DNA from: Bugula neritina
Lineage: Eukaryota > Animalia > Bryozoa
Length of the DNA stretch: 64,000 bases
Assembly (NCBI GenBank): GCA_964035545.1
Contig: OZ037765.1
Span: 20,212,995-20,276,994 of the forward strand
Reading direction: 5' to 3'
The stretch's first letter is position 1. Every line of letters starts with the position of its first letter. The notes below the pieces were generated by a model. It was not told where the DNA came from and searched no databases. It saw only the letters and a list, made by a program, of their open reading frames with translations. Below are positions 26,926 to 39,840 of this stretch, piece after piece. The translations under genes were made by a program, and so were the position numbers.

Positions 26926-29900
26926 TCAGATGCTAGAGAATGTAGTTACAGCAGGATTTACGCTCTCCTGCTTAGTATGTACATGTTTTGGTGTTGATTC
27001 AGTAGTTAAACATCCAAATCTCTTTGGAGCAGTGTTGCTAAAGGTGCTACCACTGTCTCCAATACCCGATATACCCCTTTCACTGAGAATAGATGCTAGT
27101 CCAAGAGATATACTGAAAGTACTGGTAGCATTAGACATTCTGCCACTAGTTGTCAGTCGTGCAGCCCTGCTACTACAATGTAAAACAAGATTTCTAATTT
27201 ATACCCGTTCAGTGATTTCAATCCATTAGTTGTAAGTTGTTCTTACTGCTGGTAACATTGTTCCAATTACTCTTTAGTTCCACTAAAACTATACAGTTCT
27301 AAATACCAGAATGTAGTATGTTACTGGATTGAAATCAACACTAAAATAAGCTAAGCTGAAAGTTATGCACATTGAAATATCGCGTACTTTTTGCTTGTCC
27401 TATATACAAATTATCAATATGAGGATTTGGACTTTGAGGTGAGATATATTAAATTTTGTCAGTTTTTTGAAGTGATTAATTAATGGAGCTCAGTATTTAA
27501 TTCAAGTTAGACATTTATGCAACAAGGAAAGGTGATGTAGCTGGCAGTGCAGTCCAGACATTCTAAGCATTTTGCACGAAAGAAAAACCACCTACACAGA
27601 AGTGCATATTATGAGAAACTATGTGAGAAATTAAATTTAGGATTTTGATCAGTTAACGCAAATTATAACGTGCAACATGGATATGTAGTCATTATTTTAA
27701 TTTTAGCACAACATACTATGTAAATGATACAATATAAAATAAAACTTTTTTTTCAAAATAAGCAAATTTCAACATTAAATAATCATAAAAATATATACAA
27801 CATAAAATATTCTAGATTGATACATAACTAAGAGCTGGGGAAAAAAACTACAAAAAAGATAACTTTTCTGGACATCTGCAATAATTAACAGCATAGTACT
27901 ATTCAATATTTCATAATTTTGCTTCTTTGGCTATATACTAGAAACTTGAAAGTAAAAAAATGGAAAGTCTACTACCCTGTATCATGTGTATCATTTACAG
28001 TATAACGTTATACTTACATTGCCATGCAATAACAAATTACAAAATGTTTGTTTTAAATATTTGAACATAATTAGTAAAAACTATAAAACAATAAATGAGC
28101 AGACAACTTCGAAATAAAATATAAATGATAAAATACTTTTTCAGCCAATCATAGCCAAGGTTTCTGCCACGTGCGACTATATACACCTCTGGAAGCTCTA
28201 GAATTCCCAACCACTACATCAGACACTATTGAGCTCAATCCAGAATGTGTGGTTGTGGTAGCAATGTTTGGGCTCATGTATTGATAGATGCTTGATAAAA
28301 AGCCAAAAGATGATTTCGGTTCATTTATCTGAACGGTGCTGGTAGGAAGAGCCCCATGGGCACCACCACTAGAATGAGACGTCACAACTGTGTCAGAGTT
28401 AGCTGGGGTAAAAAATGTTCCAGATGAGAAATCAGTAAAACTACTGAGAGGTCTACTAGCTGTATAGTGGGAGTTGTAGGCACTTGTGTGAGTCACATGC
28501 TGCTGCAGATTGCTTGCAGATGAAATGCTTTGCGAAGACATTCGTGGTTTGGTCACAGAAAACTGTGATGTCACTGCACTAAATGGTGATGTCACAACAC
28601 TGGAAGACACAGGGTTCACCACAACATTCAAAGCAGAAGTGAAGGTTTGAGAAGACGGCACGGACAGATTCTCTAGGAGACCTGAAATTCCAGGTCCAGG
28701 TGACGCAGATAACCTGGAGACAATGCCTGAACCATACCTTGCACTGCCAGAGCTAGCCAACGATGTGACTGTAGACATGGTGCTAGACACTGTGATAGGA
28801 GACAGATATGGATAACTTGTAGTAGATGGGTGCATTACTCTAGCATCAGTCACAGTATTGGTCATAATGGCTCTACCAGAGGGACGAACAGGTACAACTA
28901 AAACAGAGTAAAGTCAAGAGTATGCAGAGTAAGTTTAAAAACTGATTTTTTGATGGACTAAACCTTAACTTTTATGCCCAAAACAGTTTGAAGCATTTTC
29001 AAGACGGAGGTTGCAACAGTGGAGCTCGACATTGCTGTCGTACTTCAACAGCTGCCATACGCTATGTTTGGATAATTAATATAATTATTTAGAGTTATTT
29101 TGCAAGAAAAAATCCTCGTGCTCGAGCTAACTAGGAAATATATATACTTATATATTGTGATGTTTTAGGAAAGTGCTCAGTAATTCGGATTCATTGCAAA
29201 GCAGCCAATATAATAAATTTGAGACTATTAAATCCTAATAAACTAATCAATAACATGACACATTAGCTGTAAGCTGATGTACTCACCTTCTTCCTCAACG
29301 TCCATCAGGCTGTAAGTATCAGAGTCCAAGTCATTCAAAGGCTGGCCATGTTTGATCTGTACACCATGGCGCTGCTCAAACAAACCAGCCAGATGAGGCG
29401 TAGCCAAACGCTGCCAGTGGTGTAGAGTGGCCGAACCTTCCATCGGTTTCACTATCTGCAGCTTCTCTGGCATCCTATAACCAAAACTGGACGCTGACCC
29501 ATAGCCTGAGAGCTCCGACTCTGGGCTAGGACTGCGGGCGGTGGGTGTACTGGTACCACTACATTCCCTTTAAAAGTAAGAAATTAGTCATGAAAAATAG
29601 TGTTATTATATTAATGTAACCAAAACTAATATATGATGAAAGAAAAGTCATAATCAATATGCTTTAAATAGGTTTAATTGGAATTGGAAGTTTATTTGAA
29701 AACTAGTAAGACACTGAATGCAGGCACTGTGGACAACTTGAACACTAATGTATCAGCCATCTACAAAATACTAATATAGAGATTGTAGCCCAAGAATCAC
29801 ACTTGCACAGAATAAGACTTGCTCACCTGCTGTCTTGTTGCTGAGATGAATTTACAGATATAGTAGATGGCTGACTCAGACCGCTGTTGTGTCTCTCCCT

Positions 29901-32900
29901 CTCCTTGTAACCTCTCTCACTCTCTTCATTCTGTCTCCTCAGACTGAGTCTCTTTAAGGCAGCGTCCAAATCCTTGGAGCCAGGTATACCTGGCCTTCCT
30001 AGGTTCTGCCTGTTGAACAGCAAGTAGGCATATTACAAGTGAAACTTACCAGCTATCAACCTGTGAGATATAAGGTTTGCAGGCTTCAAATATGACACAA
30101 GAGTAAAGGTGAAAAATCACAAATAGTTTTGTTGAGTTTGGGAATACCGATCTAACATGGTCATCATGCTAGACAATGTCTCCAACCACTGCATTTCAGA
30201 TACTCCCATCCAAATAGCAATATTATAGAAGACAATAATACAGCTGATGAACATAGACTACAGTTGTGTGGGCTCAATAAGCGGAGAACTTCTCTTTTAT
30301 ATATATCTAGCAATTCGGCTGTTCAGCAGCTTAAAAGCTGAAACACATTTCTCCCTTTCTGCATTCAATAGGAGGTCAATTGTGTCCAACTATAACTACA
30401 CCAAAACCGTAGCAACCACACTTAGCAATCACACTGCATCCACTCCTATACTATGATGAAATAACAGAAACATTAATTTAATATCTACTTTGAACAACAA
30501 ATATAAAACTCAAACAAACCCTGCCACATCTGATCATTCTAGTATTGCTTACCTGTGCCGTTCAATTTCATCAAAGAAAGGTGCAGAAGAGCTGGCAGTG
30601 GTTGGCCTTGATGGCTTAGTGAGAGAGTTTACATTAGTTGGATTAGCTGGCACATGATTGGCCGAGGGTTTGGTGATGGGAGAGCCTGGTATAGGCAGTG
30701 AGTTGAGTAGATTCTTTCCAGTAGGCTTGCGAGCACGGCCCGAGTTACTGGTCATCGAGGAAGACAAACTAGGAGGTTTACTCGAGAGCTTTCTGACATA
30801 GTTGGCTGTCTGTAGCACTTTGCTGTTGGTTTTCCTGGAAATATTAAAAACAGTAAGCTGACATTAATAATGAGCAGAGGTTTGATAGGCAATGTAGAAA
30901 CTATCACCATTAAAATGAGTTGATTGGCATTACCAATCTCTAGCCATATGCTGCACCGAAGACACAAGACTAGGTCCCTAAACTATGCAAATAATTATTT
31001 AAAATTGAAAACAGAAATAGTTGAAAAAATTTCAAAATAAGCTTCCACGACTGACCTATTAACATCTTTATCATTACTGTTGAGAGATTCTAACTCCGCA
31101 GCAAAAGATCCTTCAGGGGGTATGTAGCAAGGTCCCGTATAATATCGGTGGGTGGGAACTCTAAGGCTAGACTTAGCTTTGAGCTGAGCAATTTCATGCT
31201 GTGTTGCGTCTAACAGATCCTTACATTCCTTGTACTTCTCTTTCAGCTCAAACAACTACACACAAATATTATGCTAGTGAATAATCCGATCCTTTATTTC
31301 TCACGACTTACCGTAACAGAAAAGTGCATGGAATTACATAAAAGATGAAATCATGCCATAAAAAAATTGAAAAATAAATAATAACTTAGTAATAAACTGC
31401 TTGTTACTGCCTCAGCTATCAGGATCTACAATTACTTCTGGATATCTTATAGACATGCTGTGTAAAATGAGAGACAACTTCTTCACTTGCTGAACCAACC
31501 TCGGACGTAAGCTCCTGTTGAATATCATTTGATGTCTTTATAGTTTCCTTCATGTCGAGGTTCTCTATGGTCAGCTCCTTCATCTTCTGCTGACCACTCA
31601 CGAGCTGCTGTATCACACTAGAACATTCTTCTTGGCACTTGATCAGATCTATACCCTTCCGATCCACTTCCGCCTGCAACTCACGCAGACGTTCCTGAGC
31701 ATCATCTGTATAGAGGTGCATAGAATTAGCAACAGCAACATGCTTGTTCAGTATTGATATCCATCATAACACAATTGAGTCAATAATATATGTACAGGTA
31801 AAGGTTTTTCTATTCTCCAGCAGACACAAAATGATGGGTAAAACTGTTAGAAATAGACAAACGCAGTAATATATAGTTCAAACGCACGCGGAGAAACATT
31901 TGTGTAAGCCTAGTAAACTCAGACTACGAGTAGACTGTCAGTTAAATTCAAAATGCGATTATTACCCTAGTTACAGTATAAGGAATGTGAGTTGATAGTA
32001 AGACACATACTGAGCTGGTGAATGCAGTCGGTGGTTAGCTTCTGCTCGTGTTTCTCAATCTGCTCCGTCTGCTCTGACAGGCTACTCAGCTCAGTTCTCA
32101 ACAAGGAATTCTCATCTTGAAGGTTAGACAACTTCTTATGAATAAGGTCCACATATTTAGAGCTTGACTTTTCTTTCCTGTATACAGAGTAGTTGTCATA
32201 CTTATTAGAGATACAGTGGCTGTGATATAAGGACCGTTGAGATAATGAGCAGTATTTTTTTGGGATTTCCAGCATAAAAATCTGTAATATTTGCTTAAAA
32301 GAGTTACTGGGAAGCACAAACAACTGTATTCTACTAAAAGACGGTTCAACTCAAAAGTAGCTTTATGATTGTATTCAACAACTTGAATGAGCAGGATATT
32401 TAAATTTTATCTTCCCTTTTTGTGATTGAGAATTTATTAAAATTCATTAGATGATGTGAAATTATTGGCAACAGAAATATAGAATTATGTATGTCGACAA
32501 AAATGAAGCAATGCAATGCATGTGGTAATCTTTTCGAAATACAATTATATTTACTATGTGACAATGTTTTAGTATTGAACTTACGATGGAGAGAATTCAC
32601 TCTCTTCAGATTGTTCTTCAGAAGTGAGTAACTGCAGGAGCTGGTCTTTCTGTATCAGATCATGTTTGAGCTGTGCAGCCTATAGTGAGATCAGAACACA
32701 CCTCTTAGCTACATTATAATCACCCAACTCTACTTTCACTATCAACAAGCTACTTGTGGGCTTCAATTAATTTATAACACAAGTGATTGCAAATATAACA
32801 GCTAATGAATCCTTCTATCACAAGTATGCTGAAATATAAACAGAGCCAGAGTTTGTATAGAGTTGACATAACATAACAACCAGCATGATAATACACTACC

Positions 32901-35900
32901 TGCTATAGGTGTATAACTAAATATTTATTATATAAGTATGCTGCACTATAAAGCACTAACTGCAGTGCATAGTTGATATACATTACAATCTATAACATAT
33001 TTCAGCCTGGTGTGTTATGAACCATGAAACTCTTTAAATTTTCAAAGTAATCTTAAATTTGACAACAAAATGGAGCAGTCCAGGATGTTTGTTTGTTTGT
33101 TTGTTTGTTTGTTTGTTTGTTTGTTTGTTTGTTTGGTTTATTTCATCAAAGGTATTTAATAACACAAGGACATTAGAAAATGCCAAGGAGGCGATGATGA
33201 GGCCCATTGCGCTATAGCCTAGCTAGTCATGCGCGGGCCAACACGAGCTGACAGCGACTCTATCCAGAAAAATACAAAAAAAATACAACTATTCTAACAG
33301 ATAAAGCCTCAACTTCCTCCCAAATTCATTAGGGTTGCTAATTGACCGTAAAGGGATTGGCAGTTCATTCCATAGTGCCACCTCCTGATAACAGTTTCTC
33401 CTGTGACCTGCTGCTGTTTGAGAGTGAGGAAGGGGGAGATTTATGAATGATTGACGTGTATTGATAGAGTGAGTGGGAAAAAAATTGTCAGAGTAGAAAA
33501 AAGAATGAGCTTTCTTTAACACTTTAAAACGGTAAATCTGGTATATTGAGAGAACTTTATGCTTAGTAAATAGAGGCGCTGATGGATGGTCAAACGGTTT
33601 TTTGTTCATGATACGCATTACCTTTTTTTGAAAAATAAAAATCTTGTTTAGATGGGTATTAGCTGCATTTCCCCAGGCCTCTGCACAATAATTTAACTTG
33701 GAATTGATGAAAGAATTATATATCAAAAGTAAAATTTTTTGAGGGAGATATTCAGAACATCGGTATATTAATCCACTAAGTGGTCGTAATTTTGTAAGTA
33801 GGTTTGAGATGTGCAAGCTCCAATTTAAATTTTTATCTATTTGTACACCTAGAAAAGTTATGCTGTTAGAGTAATTTATAGGTCTTTTATTTAATAATAT
33901 ACAGTTTTCTAGAATTTGAAAAGGATTTTGGTAGTTTTTTAAAACAATATAGTTGCATTTTTCATAGTTTATAGTGAGTTTGTTTTTATTGCACCAAATT
34001 GACAGAGAGTTTAGATCTTGATTTATAGCTTCCAAATGGGAGTTCAAATCTTTTGATTCAAAAAATAAATTAGTGTCGTCGGCATAGAAAATGGGATTAA
34101 AAAGTTTAAATTGTTGAGCAAGATCGTTTATATATATCAAAAATAAGGTAGGGCCCAAGACAGATCCCTGGGGAACCCCACAGGTCACTGATCGTGAACT
34201 TGATAAGGTTGCATTTACTAGTGTGGAATGACTTCGGTTTGATAGGTAGTTAGCAACCCATGACACTGTGGATTCACTAAAACCAAGTTTTCTCATTTTT
34301 GCAAGTAAAATATTGTGATTTATAGTGTCAAAAGCCTTACTAAAATCTATAAAAATTCCGAGAACGCAATTTCCATTGTTAAAAGCTTCGAGCGTATTAT
34401 TTTTAAATTTAACAACAGCATCTGCAGTACTTAAATTTTTTCGAAAGCCATATTGATTCTTAGAAATCAAATTTTTAGATTCTAAAAAGTTTAAAATTTG
34501 ATTGTTAACAATTTTTTCAAGTATTTTACTAAAAATGGGGAGGATTGAAATAGGGCGGTAGTTTTCACATCTGTCATGAGAACCTTTTTTGTAGAATGGT
34601 AATATTTTAGCAGTTTTAATTTGCGCTGGAACAATTTTTTCTTCTATGCTTTTGTTAAATAAATAGGCAAGTGGTGTAGATAGTGAAATTTTGCAAAATT
34701 TGATAAGTTTAGTCGGGATATTGTCTAAACCTATAGCTTTCTTGGAATCTAGTTTTTCAATGATCTCAATTATTTGAGATTCATCAGTTTTTTTTAAATG
34801 AAATTCTTCTTTAGTAATATTTGTCAGCATTGAGTAGGTATCGGAGTTCGAATTTGTAAAATTTGAAGCTAGTTTTTGGGCTATTGTTGAAAAATACAGA
34901 TTGAAATTGTTAGCTATATCCATATTGCTATCTAGCATGGTTTCAGAGTCCTCAACCGAATACAGTTTTGATGAAAAGCATCTTTTGTTTAGTTTGGCTT
35001 TCCCTGTTTGTTCATTTATAAGTACCCAAAGCTGCGAACTGTTACAATTGCTAATAAAAGCTTTAAAATAATCATATTTAGCGGTTCTCAGATCAGCATT
35101 CAAATTATTTCTAAAAGCATTATATCTTTTTAAAATCTTTTTATTCAGGGGTGCTTTTTTCACTCGTTTGTGAAGTGCATATTTCTTTTTGATTTGAGTT
35201 AAAAGATGTTCAGTAATCCATGGTTTTTGTGCAAACTTTTTAGAAGGCCTATTGTTTTCAATAGTCTGTGAACAACTTTCAATGAGAAATTTTAGTCTAG
35301 TAATAAATATATCATAGTTTACTTCACAATTTTGTGAGTCATCAAAGAGCTTCAACCAGCAAAATGAGTTTATCTTGGAAACTAGTTTGGAATAATTAAT
35401 AGTTCTATACATATCATCTGAGACAATATTAGTTCTATTTGAACAATTCAGTTGAAACGTCACAAAAGTGGGTAGGTGGTCACTCAAATCTGACTCAATG
35501 GTTCCAGATTTACCGTTTATGCAAGAGAAGTTTAGAAGGATATGATCTAAACAGCTAGCTCGTGACGATGAGATTCTAGTTGGGAGAGTGATAGCATTGT
35601 AAAAGGCATAGGTAGAAATAGTGGTGGAATAAGTGTCACTTACATTCATGTCAAGGGTATCTATATTGATGTCACCTACTACAATATGGGGAGAAGAATC
35701 ATGGGAAATATAAGCCTCCAGGTCACTAAGAAACGCATCAGTGGAGGAAGCACCGGGCTGCCTGTATATAATTGTGAGTCTGAAATGGGAAGACTTTGAG
35801 GCCTGACTGTGTAGAACAAGTGAGAGGACGTCTGCTCCAGACAGCGAAACAGCCTTCGTGTCGGCCCCCAGGCCACACCGCACATAGGCCCCAACACCAC

Positions 35901-38900
35901 CTCCTCTACCCAGTCTCTGACTACCTACAAAATCATAACCTTCAAGTTTAAAAAATTGAATTTCATCATCATTTAGCCAAGTTTCAGTTAAACAAATTAC
36001 ATCAAAGGGGTTAGAAAAAGTGTTCAAAAAATATTCAAAATGTGAAAATTTATTTCTAATGCTTTGAATATTAAAGTTAAGAAGAGAGAAAGTTGAATTA
36101 TTTACTTCTAGTTTGTTAAAAGAAAAGATGTCGTATGCTGTGCAGTTAATTTCATGCATTTTGCAAAAGATAACTTAGCAGTTTAAGTTAAATACAAAAG
36201 TGAGGTACACTAAACACATTTCAGGTTCTCGAGATCATTTACATCATTTATTTGGATAGCCTCCGAGTCAGGTGTTCTGCGCAAGTAAATTCGTTGGGCA
36301 AATGTCCAAACATACTTATAGTTGTTTGATTTTTTGAAGTTTCTGGTTTTCCAAAAAAGGTCCCTTTGCTTACTACTGAGAATTATTATCTTAATAATCA
36401 TATGTACTCAGACCTATAGTAGAGAGAGAGATGCTTTCTAACTGTTAAATGAAGCTATTTTCTAGTTACTGTGTAGTAAGGGATGATTGCTACATTTCAC
36501 GAGATACCAAAAAGCCCTCAAGACAAGTGTTTAGCACACATGGCCATGCTACTCAATAAGCACAGTTTCTAACATATGTCTCATGTATATGTATTCCAAT
36601 ACAACCTGAGCACTAACTACTCTGAACACTAACTGGTGTGACTTACAAGTAAATGCAATGATTGAAAGCATAGCACAGGTACTGACTGCATACCTGCTCC
36701 TGGAAGGTAGACAACTCCTGCTCCAACTCTTCACACTTGATAGACAGCTGTTTGTTTTGCTCTAGTAAAGTTTGGCCAATGCGAGCAGCTAATTCCAGAT
36801 CTTTCTCTTTCTAATCAATACATAAATTATAGTACAAAGTAATGGCAAAGCAAACATGGCCCTCGCAGCCTCAATGTCAGGGAGAGCCTGCTCCTGTGTA
36901 GTTATAATATGCCGAGAAGATGTCACTAAAGGCAAGGCAAGAGGTGATTTCAATGCTTTAACTGACCATGTTTAGGCAGAAAAATTACATATTTAACTTA
37001 TTAATACCATCACAATTACTCATACTGCTGTGAAATCAATCAAATTGAGGGTAAGCTAACTATAAACTTACCATCAACAAATAATAAAACAATGCAATAC
37101 TCTTCCCATTACATTACATCCAAACTCAACTAATCATTAATATAGAAAAGCCCAATACAAAAGAGTTGAAAACTTCAACAATAAATAGACAGACCTCTTC
37201 TAAGAGATGAGTCACAGCCTCGATATCATCATAGACTTTCGTCATTTGACTAACTCGTTCTCCACAAATCACTGCAGAATATATTAAATTATTATGACAT
37301 GATGTGACCAGCCAGAGCAGCTAACTGAACAAAGCAGTGAACAAGCTGAACGTGAAACAATAGTAGTACTAGTAGTAAAAGGAACTAAATGAAACAATTG
37401 GTTAACCCATGGCTGTGTTCATATATAAAATTAGATGAGGGTTTTACACTTTTACCTCAACACCAATCTAGCAGTTATATGCTATATATCAGTGACCTTA
37501 GCCAAATGTTGACACTGGAACTCTATTGACAATTCTATTATAATAAAGTTATCAATAGCTAATAAAACAACAAAAAGCTGTTTAATAGCAGTGTTATAAC
37601 AGTAGCTGTGCAATCAACTCCTTTACTCAGTTAAGGAGAACAAACAATGATTGCATGTTAGCTCAGTGTTATTGTTCATCTAAGTTCAACAGCAAAGATA
37701 TATAAACAAGTTAGAAAATAATTCTAAAAGCAAACCAGCTGCCGCTGATTATTAACAAGTGAATGTATATTATTATATAGTCACACAGCAATACTGTACC
37801 ATTTTTGAACAGGGCTGCTGCACTAGCTGCTGCATCCATCTACATCTAAGTAACACCAAAGCATGCAATCAATCAAACTGAATACAGCCAACAGCTATTA
37901 AAGTGTGTGAATGAGCAATAGTTGGGAAAACTGGCATCCTCAGTGAATAGTTAAATGCCACAGCGGGCCAAGTTCATAAAGTGCAGCGTTCAGGAAAATA
38001 AAGGTGATGTTTTACTACATGTATACAAACTAACTAGCTAAATAATACTGCATATGAACCACATCTTAGTTTCAACTTACAGAAATATTTAAAAACTTCC
38101 GAAATTTGTTCTAAAGATAGCTGTAGATCTTGAGCTTGTATAAGGGGAGGTTGTGGGACACCCCAGTCTTGAGTGTGATAGGATGAGAAGTCTGTGATAG
38201 TATTTGCTCTCAGCTTGTAACTTGGTAATGACTCAGTAAGTATAGACACCAGCTCTATTTCCGGCAGTTGATCGCTAGTGCACACGTCTGCAAATAGCAC
38301 TAATCCTACTAATCTTACAGACTATGGACTAGGAGTATATGCTGCATTAGCTTTCTGGGTTATCAAATAGCAAAACCATTAGCAACCTGCAAACTCCAAA
38401 GTAAAACCACAACACTGCTGCAATTAACTAATAAAATTACCCAATAGCTCATAGCAAAAGATGCTAAAAGCTGGAAAAAACATTAAAATCAATTATGGCA
38501 GCAAAAAATTATGGACCTAAAGAAATTGCTTTGTAAACTTCTAGCTTTAAAAGGAATTTGTAATTGACAGATATATTTTTTAAAGGTGATGTTTGTATAC
38601 AATAAAAAACTCGCTAAACCCAATATGTACAGAAACTTTTATCACAGAAGGTTCAATATTTCAGAAGTATGCCTCTGATTTTTTTTTTGTTTCTTTATAA
38701 ATATAGAGATTAAACCCAAACTTTGAGTGAATTGGAGGTTTTCTTGTACTATTTTTCAAAGAGACCACGATAAGTTACCAGGTTTTATAGGTGTAAACTA
38801 TAATCCAACTAGAGTTTTATAAGTACACATGATTGAATAAAAGGGTAAAAGCTAACCTGTCAACGTGCTAGCATCTTGCACTTCTACCATTAAGCAGCAT

Positions 38901-39731
38901 CAGTTCACAGCATGAAAAGCAAAAGTGGAAGGCGGCAACTTTGAGTGATTTAGCTATAAAGCAGGAGGCTGCAGTAAGCAAAGCAGTACATAATTTCCAT
39001 ATATAAAACAAAGAATCAAGTGAAATAAAACAAAATACATGGATCATGCAAATTAAAGCTAAATTATATGTGTCCACAACAGACCAAGTATTATACTGAA
39101 AAAGTTGGATCTTAGTTCCATCTATGGAAAGACGGCAAAAATAGATCTCAGTCGCTCTGTTTAATCTTTAGCCAATAAGGCCATAGAAAGACGTTGAATA
39201 CATTTTTGCTTTAATTCATGGCTGCCAAAATTAATTAAACTACTACAATATCATAATGGGTTACTTGCTTAAAAGCACACCATTGAAATCTAACAAAAGT
39301 AATTGATATTCTTTGCACGGAGAAGTGATTTGGAAACATTATGTAAGCTGTCATAAACAATAATGTGCAGCAATAGCATATAATGAGGCATATTTCAAAC
39401 TTTTGTTAATTATCAATTGTCTCTATTACTAATTAAATACTGTCTCAACTTAAGTTTTACAACCAAAATAATGATTTGCTTAGTCAGATCTTGACATAAC
39501 ATGGCTGTTATGATACCACTATTAATTCAACTCAATTTAGCTATAGTTATGAAGACATTTACAAACTAATTGTGAAAAGTCATTATAATTGAATGGTTTG
39601 GTCCTTAGTCTCAAAAGATGCAATTGAATATTAACTTTTTCATTTTCAGATTAAGACTCGTAGAGTACTAAATGCTGGGATACAAGTGTTCACTCATTAC
39701 CATTACCTCTTTGTAGGTCAATAGTCAACAT
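26926..39731 (-). CDS. TRAK1: Trafficking kinesin-binding protein (TRAK/Milton), multi-exon, spliced isoform ending at 26926
   Basis: Probable start exon 39707-39731 (MLTIDLQR). HAP1_N motifs [53 protein letters not shown] and [16 protein letters not shown]. Milton motifs [23 protein letters not shown] and [23 protein letters not shown]. Terminal exon 26926-27172 contains [14 protein letters not shown]. This is probably a co-orthologue of TRAK1/TRAK2, so the symbol is nominal. Confidence 0.92.
28149..28737 (-). CDS. Alternative read-through C-terminal coding segment of TRAK (Ser/Thr-rich, ends RTWQKPWL*)
   Basis: The frame stays open for ~196 codons past the internal donor AG|GTATGG at 28738/28737, with coding-like GC content inside an otherwise AT-rich intron. 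Confidence 0.65.
33087..36385 (-). mobile_element. 5'-truncated LINE of the CR1/L2 group, inserted sense in a TRAK intron (32680-36693)
   Basis: ORF1 C-terminal remnant 36210-~36380 ([22 protein letters not shown]...IYLRR), intact ORF2, ~150-bp 3' UTR, and AATAAA directly before an (AAAC)12 tail (plus-strand GTTT, 33087-33134). No clear TSD. Confidence 0.92.
33289..36159 (-). CDS. LINE ORF2: AP endonuclease plus reverse transcriptase (956 aa)
   Basis: EN motifs [27 protein letters not shown] and SDHLP. RT motifs [49 protein letters not shown] and FLGV. No stops or frameshifts. Confidence 0.97.
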   Translation of the reverse strand: MHEINCTAYDIFSFNKLEVNNSTFSLLNFNIQSIRNKFSHFEYFLNTFSNPFDVICLTETWLNDDEIQFFKLEGYDFVGSQRLGRGGGVGAYVRCGLGADTKAVSLSGADVLSLVLHSQASKSSHFRLTIIYRQPGASSTDAFLSDLEAYISHDSSPHIVVGDINIDTLDMNVSDTYSTTISTYAFYNAITLPTRISSSRASCLDHILLNFSCINGKSGTIESDLSDHLPTFVTFQLNCSNRTNIVSDDMYRTINYSKLVSKINSFCWLKLFDDSQNCEVNYDIFITRLKFLIESCSQTIENNRPSKKFAQKPWITEHLLTQIKKKYALHKRVKKAPLNKKILKRYNAFRNNLNADLRTAKYDYFKAFISNCNSSQLWVLINEQTGKAKLNKRCFSSKLYSVEDSETMLDSNMDIANNFNLYFSTIAQKLASNFTNSNSDTYSMLTNITKEEFHLKKTDESQIIEIIEKLDSKKAIGLDNIPTKLIKFCKISLSTPLAYLFNKSIEEKIVPAQIKTAKILPFYKKGSHDRCENYRPISILPIFSKILEKIVNNQILNFLESKNLISKNQYGFRKNLSTADAVVKFKNNTLEAFNNGNCVLGIFIDFSKAFDTINHNILLAKMRKLGFSESTVSWVANYLSNRSHSTLVNATLSSSRSVTCGVPQGSVLGPTLFLIYINDLAQQFKLFNPIFYADDTNLFFESKDLNSHLEAINQDLNSLSIWCNKNKLTINYEKCNYIVLKNYQNPFQILENCILLNKRPINYSNSITFLGVQIDKNLNWSLHISNLLTKLRPLSGLIYRCSEYLPQKILLLIYNSFINSKLNYCAEAWGNAANTHLNKIFIFQKKVMRIMNKKPFDHPSAPLFTKHKVLSIYQIYRFKVLKKAHSFFYSDNFFPTHSINTRQSFINLPLPHSQTAAGHRRNCYQEVALWNELPIPLRSISNPNEFGRKLRLYLLE
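39105..39195 (+). mobile_element. Degenerate fragment related to the 42074-42842 MITE
   Basis: ATGGAAAGACG..AAAA.AGATCTC.GTCG.TCTG...CCAT.GAAAGACG parallels 42122-42215. Confidence 0.5.
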
Positions 39732-39840
39732 AATAACCTGGAATCTTAAAATTCTGGCATGCAACTTCAAATATTGTATTATCTTCTGGGTACATTTTTT
39801 GAGTTCAAAGCACACATTATAGCATGTTTTCAAAACTTAC

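Noticed and set aside
26921-27229. Plus-strand 102-aa ORF as an extra RPN1 exon or separate gene
   Set aside because: It is antisense to the conserved TRAK terminal exon, and RPN1 already stops at 26600.
30050-30060. 11-nt microexon in TRAK (CACAG|GTTGATAGCTG|GTAAGT)
   Set aside because: It would shift the frame and leave a 40-nt downstream intron; the flanking exons already join in phase 2.
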